Assembly: GCA_964530615.1 (NCBI GenBank)
Contig: CAZHAR010000001.1
Span: 12,420 to 76,419, forward strand
Length of the DNA stretch: 64,000 nucleotides
Direction of reading: 5' to 3'
Source: an uncultured Planctomycetota bacterium
Lineage (GTDB): Bacteria > Planctomycetota > JBBTDB01
The position numbers and the translations under genes are program-made. Below the pieces are notes generated by a model. It made no database searches, had not been told where the DNA came from, and saw only the letters and a program-made list of their open reading frames with translations. Shown here piece by piece: positions 57,865 through 64,000 of this stretch; position 1 is the stretch's first letter; each line of letters opens with the position of its first letter.

Positions 57865-59106
57865 TTAAGGCTGAATAAGAGCATTTAATTTATCGTTGTT
57901 TAACAAGGTTGGACTGGCTTTGGCGACGTCCATAATTTTTTGGATCCAGTCTTCTCGAACTTCGAGTCCTTGTTTTTCTAGCCAGTAAATCACGTTGCTT
58001 CGTCCGCTCATGGGGCCAATACGAATCTGTTGTTCGAGTCCAAAGTTTCCGGCGGGAACTCCACTATAAACACGATCGGCTAACCAATTTTCTCCTTTTT
58101 TTTGAGCTTTGATAATGGCCGCCGCGTGAACTCCGGTTCCGGTGACAAAAGCATCTTCTCCAAACACAGGATAATTGGCGGGAAGAGGAACATGCGTATA
58201 TTCATGTGCTTTTCGAACATATTCGGCCAGCGCGGTCAAATCATTCGGGATGAGTCCCATGAGTTTCAGATTGACTAACAATTGATCGATTTGCGCGTTT
58301 CCAACTCGTTCTCCGAGTCCTAATGCGGTTCCATGAACGACATCGGCTCCGGCTTCGATGGCCGCAAGACAGTTCGCGACGGCTAATCCTCGATCACTGT
58401 GTCCGTGCCAATTGACCAGAACTTCTTTTTTTAGGGGTTGAACGACCTCGTTTAAAATGAAAGTTAACAAATTTTTAACGCCCGTAGGCGTTGCATGGCC
58501 GCAAGTATCACAAACGCAGATCGAATAGGCTCCGAGTTCAATGGCGCGTTGATAGAGCGCTTTGATATCATCTGGTTTACTGCGCGTGGTGTCTTCGGTG
58601 ACAAACATGACCGGAATTTTATGAGCTACGGCCCATTTTACCGCGTCTTCCATGGTTGTCATCAATTTATTGAGATCCCACCCTTCCGCGTATTGGCGGA
58701 TAGGGCTTGTTCCGAGGAAGGTGCTGGCTTGGATTGGAAATCCAAATTCTTGTTGAAGTTGTTCAATGGGTTCGATATCAGAAATAACAGTTCTTACCGC
58801 GCACCCGGGTTTGATTTTCATTTTTTCGTCATGAATCACTTGCAGTAAGGCGCGAATATGATCCCGATGTTGTGGACCTGCGCCGGGAAGTCCGAGATCT
58901 ACCCGATCAATCCCCAATCGTTCCATAAAACGCAACAATTCGATTTTCTGTTCGATCGCGGGATTATTGGCGGAAGGAGACTGAAGTCCGTCGCGGAGAG
59001 TCTCATCATCAAACTGAATTTTTTTGGTCCGATTGAACAAGGGCTCGTTGGCTCGGTTCCAATCATAAATGATTTCGTTTTCGTTCATATCGCCCTCTCT
59101 TTTCAA
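57865..59106 (-). CDS. HMGL-like family synthase (homocitrate / 2-isopropylmalate / citramalate synthase-like), short form without LeuA dimerisation domain
   Basis: TLRDGLQS N-terminal motif and HGHSDRGLAVANCLAAIEAGADVVHGT HxH motif. 413 aa. Its start overlaps the speA stop (ATGA). Confidence 0.65.
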   Translation of the reverse strand: MKREGDMNENEIIYDWNRANEPLFNRTKKIQFDDETLRDGLQSPSANNPAIEQKIELLRFMERLGIDRVDLGLPGAGPQHRDHIRALLQVIHDEKMKIKPGCAVRTVISDIEPIEQLQQEFGFPIQASTFLGTSPIRQYAEGWDLNKLMTTMEDAVKWAVAHKIPVMFVTEDTTRSKPDDIKALYQRAIELGAYSICVCDTCGHATPTGVKNLLTFILNEVVQPLKKEVLVNWHGHSDRGLAVANCLAAIEAGADVVHGTALGLGERVGNAQIDQLLVNLKLMGLIPNDLTALAEYVRKAHEYTHVPLPANYPVFGEDAFVTGTGVHAAAIIKAQKKGENWLADRVYSGVPAGNFGLEQQIRIGPMSGRSNVIYWLEKQGLEVREDWIQKIMDVAKASPTLLNNDKLNALIQP

Positions 59107-61055
59107 GAATGGGATCCTTTGAGATAGGTGTATCCGTTCAGCGTCGATTCATAAAACTTCAAAAGCATAGTGGATTCTTCAATCGAGATCTTATTTTTTC
59201 TCACGGCGCGTTCCGCTTGTGCTCGCATTTGAGAGAGTAACTCGTCTGGATTAAATTGGACATAACGTAACACATCCCGAACATCATCGCCTTTGACAAC
59301 GTTTTCAATTAAGACTTCGCCGGTTTCTTCCTCCATAGAAATATGAACTACATTGGTATCGCCAAAAAGATTATGTAAATCTCCCAAAATTTCCTGATAG
59401 GCACCGACGAGAAAGACGCCCAAATAATAATTATCGCCTTCTTTGAGAGGATGGAGTTCCAACACTCGTTTAATATCATGCAAATCAATAAACTGATCGA
59501 CTTTACCATCGGAATCGCAAGTAATATCGGCCAATGTGGCACGAGCGGTGGGCTCTTCATTCAAGCGATGAATGGGCATAATTGGAAACAGTTGTTTAAC
59601 GGCCCAGCTATCTGGCATGGATTGAAATAAGGAATAATTACAGAAGTAAGTACTGGCAAGCTGAACATCGAGTCCTTCAAATTCTTCTGGGATATAGTCT
59701 TCATCTTTATAGAGATCCCGTAGTTTCTCACAAAAATTCCAGTAAAGATTATCGGTTAAAGCGCGATATTCCAGATTTAAATAACCCAAATTAAATAAGT
59801 TCTGAGCTTCTTCTTTGGCCTGAAGTACATCATGATAACTCTCAATCGCATTTTTTTTCGATAAATTATAATAGGATTGGAGGAGGTCTTTAATGGGTTG
59901 CGGAACATCATCATCGATTTGTTTCGGGACTTCAAGTTTGCGAATGGAAGAAACCCCTAACACATTAAAAATAAGGATACTATGATACGCGACTACGGCT
60001 CTTCCCGATTCAGAAATAATATGAGGATGCGGAATATCCACCTCACTACAAATATTTCCGACTGCGTAAATGATATCATTGGCATATTCTTGTAAACTAT
60101 AATTAACCGAGGATTCAAAATTGGATTGTGAACCATCATAATCCACGCCCAGTCCCCCGCCAACATCTAAGAACTCAATTCCGGTTCCTAAACGATGGAG
60201 TTCTGCATAGACACGAGTCGCTTCACGGATCGCTTCCTTAATGTTCCGAATATTTGGAATTTGACTTCCAATATGAAAGTGCAATAACTTTAGACAGGAC
60301 AACATATTTTCCTGCTCCAAGGTTTTCACTAGTTCGAGAATTTCAAAAAAAGTTAATCCAAATTTAGAGCGATCTCCTGCGGAATATTTCCAACGTCCTG
60401 CGCCTTTCGCCGAAAGTTTAGCGCGCACTCCGATCATCGGCGAGACTCCTAATTTTTTAGATAACTTGAGAATCAGATGGAGTTCTGAAAACTTTTCGAC
60501 GACCGGAATAATAAATTTCCCCATTTTTCGGGCCAGCATCACCATTTCGATATACGATTCATCTTTAAATCCATTGCAAATAATGGGGGTCTCTAAATCT
60601 TGTGTTTCCGCGAGAATAGCGAGTAACTCTGGTTTAGAACCCGCTTCTAATCCGAAGTTATAAGGGTGACCGAATTGAATAATTTCCTCAACAACATGAC
60701 GGCCTTGATTGACCTTAATGGGATAAACCAACGAGTATTTCCCTTTATAATCATTTTCTCCGATGGCTTTGCTAAAAGCTTCTTGAATCTCTTTTAAACG
60801 ATGGCGCAAAACATCCGAAACGCGAATGAGTAATGGTGGGTGAATATCGCGTAAAATTAATTTATCGAGAAGATCTTTCAAATCGACAGCGCGAGCCGGA
60901 TCTTTGGAGGGGTGTAACGTTAAATGACCCGCACTGTTGATATCGAAATAACCTTGCCCCCAATATTTGACATTATAAAGTTCCTGTGAATCTTGAATGG
61001 ACCAAGAAGAACTACGAATTGTTTTATTTGAATTGTTTAACTGCTCTGATGCCAT
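59103..61055 (-). CDS. speA: Biosynthetic arginine decarboxylase
   Basis: PLP-binding YPIKVNQ, HFHIGSQ, EPGR-like regions. About 650 aa, typical of SpeA. Confidence 0.88.
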   Translation of the reverse strand: MASEQLNNSNKTIRSSSWSIQDSQELYNVKYWGQGYFDINSAGHLTLHPSKDPARAVDLKDLLDKLILRDIHPPLLIRVSDVLRHRLKEIQEAFSKAIGENDYKGKYSLVYPIKVNQGRHVVEEIIQFGHPYNFGLEAGSKPELLAILAETQDLETPIICNGFKDESYIEMVMLARKMGKFIIPVVEKFSELHLILKLSKKLGVSPMIGVRAKLSAKGAGRWKYSAGDRSKFGLTFFEILELVKTLEQENMLSCLKLLHFHIGSQIPNIRNIKEAIREATRVYAELHRLGTGIEFLDVGGGLGVDYDGSQSNFESSVNYSLQEYANDIIYAVGNICSEVDIPHPHIISESGRAVVAYHSILIFNVLGVSSIRKLEVPKQIDDDVPQPIKDLLQSYYNLSKKNAIESYHDVLQAKEEAQNLFNLGYLNLEYRALTDNLYWNFCEKLRDLYKDEDYIPEEFEGLDVQLASTYFCNYSLFQSMPDSWAVKQLFPIMPIHRLNEEPTARATLADITCDSDGKVDQFIDLHDIKRVLELHPLKEGDNYYLGVFLVGAYQEILGDLHNLFGDTNVVHISMEEETGEVLIENVVKGDDVRDVLRYVQFNPDELLSQMRAQAERAVRKNKISIEESTMLLKFYESTLNGYTYLKGSHS

Positions 61056-61415
61056 AGGCCCAAAGATCCTTCTTCTAAAAAGACAGAGATGAAATAAAAA
61101 GAAAAACAGGAAGTGTCTTCAGAACAGTACTGGAAACACGAAGTTTATTTTATAACGAAGTAAAGATTCCACAAGATCCTTCTCTGAAAACCTGTCATTT
61201 GGCGTATCCTTTCAGCAGAGGCTCTTAAAAAATAGCCAATCGAAAAAAATTTCGGCCTTTTCCTAGGATTCAAAGGACTCAAAAACTTTTGAAAAACTTT
61301 TTTTTGACTCTTTTTTTTAGAAATAGTCTACGCTAAAAATACGTATAAAACCTCATTTTGAGAAGGATTCTCTGTTTTTTGTTTTAAAAAAATAAAAAAA
61401 TATCCAAAATTTTTT

Positions 61416-61443
61416 TTGACTTTTCTTGCGATAACAATATAAT
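61416..61443 (+). promoter_or_regulatory. Near-consensus sigma-70 promoter (TTGACT-N16-TATAAT)
   Basis: TTGACT at 61416-61421 and TATAAT at 61438-61443, about 88 nt upstream of the small ORF at 61531. Three tandem copies of ATCTATTCC lie in the leader (61486-61525). Confidence 0.45.
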
Positions 61444-61530
61444 TAATACAATGATTATCTGATATATTTATTTTATCTTAGTTATCCGTAATCTATTCCC
61501 AATCTATTCCCTTTCTATTCTGGAGAATTT

Positions 61531-61767
61531 ATGTATCGCTTAAAGATAACATTTGCTCTTCTTCTTGTTTATTCTCTCTTGTGTCCTATTTTTGGTGTCG
61601 GTTTAGTCCGAACAGATTCCGGTCATCTGCTTTTATCGAGCACTTATCTCTTTGGTTTTGAAATAGGGATTGTCCTGATGGTGATAAGCGGTTTTTATAC
61701 GCTTTATCGGTACAACGAAGCTGAAAAGCAAGGCGAACGCACACAACAATTAAAACAAGCCGCTTAA
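61531..61767 (+). CDS. Small two-TM membrane protein, hypothetical
   Basis: Two hydrophobic helices and a C-terminal charged tail. Followed by a strong terminator. Confidence 0.4.
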   Translation: MYRLKITFALLLVYSLLCPIFGVGLVRTDSGHLLLSSTYLFGFEIGIVLMVISGFYTLYRYNEAEKQGERTQQLKQAA

Positions 61768-61885
61768 AAAAATTTCTCAAAGAAAAGGATCTTCCTCTAT
61801 TACTATTAACTATCCTACTTAAGCAATTGATAGACTAAAAAAAATATTTTATGTTGATCATCTGTAATAGATGGGGAAGAAGATA

Positions 61886-61926
61886 AGGCAGGTAAATTGT
61901 TGAGCATTTACCTGCCTTTTTATTTT
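61886..61926 (+). terminator. Rho-independent terminator
   Basis: AGGCAGGTAAAT-tgttgagc-ATTTACCTGCCT perfect 12-bp stem followed by a T-rich run. Confidence 0.8.
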
Positions 61927-62042
61927 CTAGATTTAAATTTAAAATTTTCTAGAAAATAGTTGTTTTTTGTTTTTTAACCAGTAATATAGATAAACATTAT
62001 CTTATTTATTGTATTAAGCCCCAACCTCAAAAGGAGGTCTTT

Positions 62043-63677
62043 ATGATTCCTCTTCAATTCTTCCTTATGATTTTAGGAATTCTTCTTCTGACTTCTTGCA
62101 CAAAAGACTCTAATCAAAATACCGTAATTACCCCTCATAGCCAAGTTATTCAACAAACGACGCCTTATGTCCACGAATTTGGAAACGATGTCGCGGATTT
62201 GGATAGCGATGAACCCCTAGTTCAAGGGGTTCCAATTTCCCAATATTACTTGACGAATTGTTCGGGTTGTCACGGAAGCAACCGCGAGGGACTGATTGGA
62301 CCCGCTCTGATCCCACAACGCTTGACTCAATCCGATGCGTATTATTTTGGCGTTATTCAAAACGGAAAACCGGGAACCTTAATGCCTCCGTGGGGAGGAA
62401 TCCTTACCGATGAAGAAATTAATTTATTCATCGAATTCATCCGAAGTGAACCCAATCCGAGTGCCCTAGTTTGGGACCTCAATGATATTCAATCCAGTTT
62501 TCAAATCTTGATCGATGAGAGTACCTTGCCGGGAACCCCGACTCACTCGGGCAATCTTGATAATTTGATGTTAGTGACCGAACGCGAAATTGCGGCTATT
62601 GCGGCTATTGACGGAGATACACACACATTATTAGCTCATATCCCGGCGTCGTATCGAGCTCACGGATATTGTTTCGATCCGACCTCTAACCGTTGGGCCT
62701 TTAATGTTGGGCGTGATGGATGGGTTTTTAAAATTGATCTTTATACCTTACAAGCGGTACGAAAAATTCGCGTGGGCCTAGACAGTCGAGGGATTGCGAT
62801 CTCCGATGATGGCCAAAAACTGATTATTGGAAATTATCTCCCCGCACAAGCGGTCATTATTAACGCGCAAACCCTTCAACCGCTCACGGTCATTAGCACT
62901 AGAACACAAAATATGGAAGGTCAAATGGTCGATGCCAAAGTGGCGATTGTGAGCGATGTTGCACCCACACCCGTTGGCTATCCACCCGTTGGCCCCTATT
63001 TTATTATCGCGCTTAAAGAAGCGGGCCAGATGTGGCGTATCAATTGGAGCTTACCCGGTTTTCCTATCGATAAACTCACGAATGTCGGACATGTTTTACA
63101 TGATGGCTTCCTGAATCCAGCGAATACCCGTTTTTACATTGCTTCTCAAACCGATAACTGGATGTCGGTCATTGATGTCGTGAATTGGAGCCTAGTGACT
63201 CAGATATCTACAGGGACTACCCCTCATCCGGGCTCTGGAGCCGTCTGGACTGATATTTTAACTGGAACCGAGTATGCCGGAACCACTCACGTAGGCGAAG
63301 GGAAAATTGCAATCTGGGACATCTCGAATAACACCCTCATGGGAAATATTCCCACTGCGGGTGCTGGTTTATTTATTCGCAGTCACGAAAACAGTCCTTA
63401 TGTTTGGGCCGATGCTCTTTTAGCAACCTCTCCAGAGATTACCGTTTTTGAAAAAGCGCCCCCCTTCACTGTTGTCACACGCATTACTGAAGGGATTCAA
63501 ACTTTACATCCGGAATTTACAAATACAGGAGCCTTTGTTTATATTTCCGATTGGCAAGGGAATGTTGTGCGTGTTTATAACGCAACTACTTTCGCGAAAG
63601 TGACAGAAATCTCCGGAGTGACAACCCCTACCGGAATTTTTAATACTTCTCGACGTTTAGAGACACTCGGCCATTAA
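62043..63677 (+). CDS. Cytochrome cd1 nitrite-reductase-family lipoprotein (NirS/NirN/NirF-like: c-type haem domain plus 8-bladed beta-propeller)
   Basis: Lipobox LLTSCT. A single CSGCHG haem-c site. C-terminal propeller of cd1/YVTN type. Strong AAGGAGGT RBS 5 nt upstream. Confidence 0.5.
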   Translation: MIPLQFFLMILGILLLTSCTKDSNQNTVITPHSQVIQQTTPYVHEFGNDVADLDSDEPLVQGVPISQYYLTNCSGCHGSNREGLIGPALIPQRLTQSDAYYFGVIQNGKPGTLMPPWGGILTDEEINLFIEFIRSEPNPSALVWDLNDIQSSFQILIDESTLPGTPTHSGNLDNLMLVTEREIAAIAAIDGDTHTLLAHIPASYRAHGYCFDPTSNRWAFNVGRDGWVFKIDLYTLQAVRKIRVGLDSRGIAISDDGQKLIIGNYLPAQAVIINAQTLQPLTVISTRTQNMEGQMVDAKVAIVSDVAPTPVGYPPVGPYFIIALKEAGQMWRINWSLPGFPIDKLTNVGHVLHDGFLNPANTRFYIASQTDNWMSVIDVVNWSLVTQISTGTTPHPGSGAVWTDILTGTEYAGTTHVGEGKIAIWDISNNTLMGNIPTAGAGLFIRSHENSPYVWADALLATSPEITVFEKAPPFTVVTRITEGIQTLHPEFTNTGAFVYISDWQGNVVRVYNATTFAKVTEISGVTTPTGIFNTSRRLETLGH

Positions 63678-63712
63678 CCCCAAAACATTTTAAATATTCA
63701 GGGGCACTGAAA

Positions 63713-63748
63713 TAGGGAACCACATTCTTGTGGCTCCCTATTTTTTTT
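63713..63748. terminator. Rho-independent terminator between convergent genes
   Basis: TAGGGAACCACA-ttct-TGTGGCTCCCTA (one mismatch) followed by T8. Confidence 0.65.
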
Positions 63749-63758
63749 GATAAGGATA

Positions 63759-64000
63759 TCATTGAATTTGGTACAGCGATAGATCGTCCGAATTCGAAAG
63801 GTATTTAATAGTATTTATTTTTTGCTCTTCCAGTAAAGATTGAAGGTTTGGGGCGCTTCGCAATAAAAGTCGCCCTTTAAGAGGCAAATTTTTTAAGCTC
63901 CAATTTTGATCGGCAGATTCTGAAGAACCCAAAACTCCTCGTTTTTTTACATAGTCGATCAGAATTTGTTGAACGGTATCCGGAGAGCGTAAAATGGTTT
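63759..64000 (-). CDS. 3' end (C-terminal 79 aa) of a minus-strand gene continuing beyond the window; hypothetical
   Basis: Open frame from the window edge to the TGA at 63759-63761 (...SPDTVQQILIDYVKKRGVLGSS...SLYQIQ*). Not in the track because no in-window start. Confidence 0.3.
   Translation of the reverse strand, partial: TILRSPDTVQQILIDYVKKRGVLGSSESADQNWSLKNLPLKGRLLLRSAPNLQSLLEEQKINTIKYLSNSDDLSLYQIQ

Noticed and set aside
1-64000. CRISPR arrays, retron/DGR reverse transcriptases, toxin-antitoxin pairs, restriction-modification genes
   Set aside because: I looked for evenly spaced direct repeats, RT motifs (YxDD) and small adjacent ORF pairs and found none. The only interspersed repeats are the palindromic MITE/REP-like elements described above.

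Overview
This 64 kb window is densely coded, low-GC (~40%) bacterial chromosomal DNA that looks like core genome with signalling-rich accessory islands, not a phage or plasmid. Housekeeping anchors are recognisable from catalytic motifs: leuS (HIGH/KMSKS), priA, speA, aqpZ (two NPA boxes), a Fur-family regulator, an LPS-core block (GT9 heptosyltransferase, tandem Kdo/WaaP-type kinase, RibD-like deaminase), a HemY-type oxidase and one tRNA-Leu(CAG). Around these sits an unusual concentration of signal-transduction genes: a sigma-54 activator, three eukaryotic-like Ser/Thr kinases plus one kinase-WD40 pseudokinase, three histidine kinases, an Hpt phosphorelay, two PP2C phosphatases and an RsbW/RsbV-like pair. 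There are also four secreted or lipoprotein HEAT-repeat proteins and a TAT-exported DUF1800/DUF1501 pair. Gene content (kinase-FGE fusion, DUF1501/DUF1800, many lipoproteins and HEAT proteins) is compatible with a Planctomycetes/Verrucomicrobia-like, Leptospira-like or candidate-phylum organism, but I cannot assign taxonomy from sequence alone. No CRISPR array, integrase, transposase or reverse transcriptase is visible. The most interesting items are: (1) a 907-aa GGDEF-STAND NTPase-HEAT fusion translationally coupled to a lipoprotein; (2) two families of nested-palindromic MITE/REP-like elements that sit immediately 3' of genes; (3) an HptB/HsbR-like phosphorelay feeding a partner-switching module; (4) a five-gene minus-strand operon (ATP-grasp, DAGK-like kinase, lipoprotein, cupin, UDPGP-like); (5) several coding microsatellites (poly-Gly, EEPSK, PD) in surface proteins.
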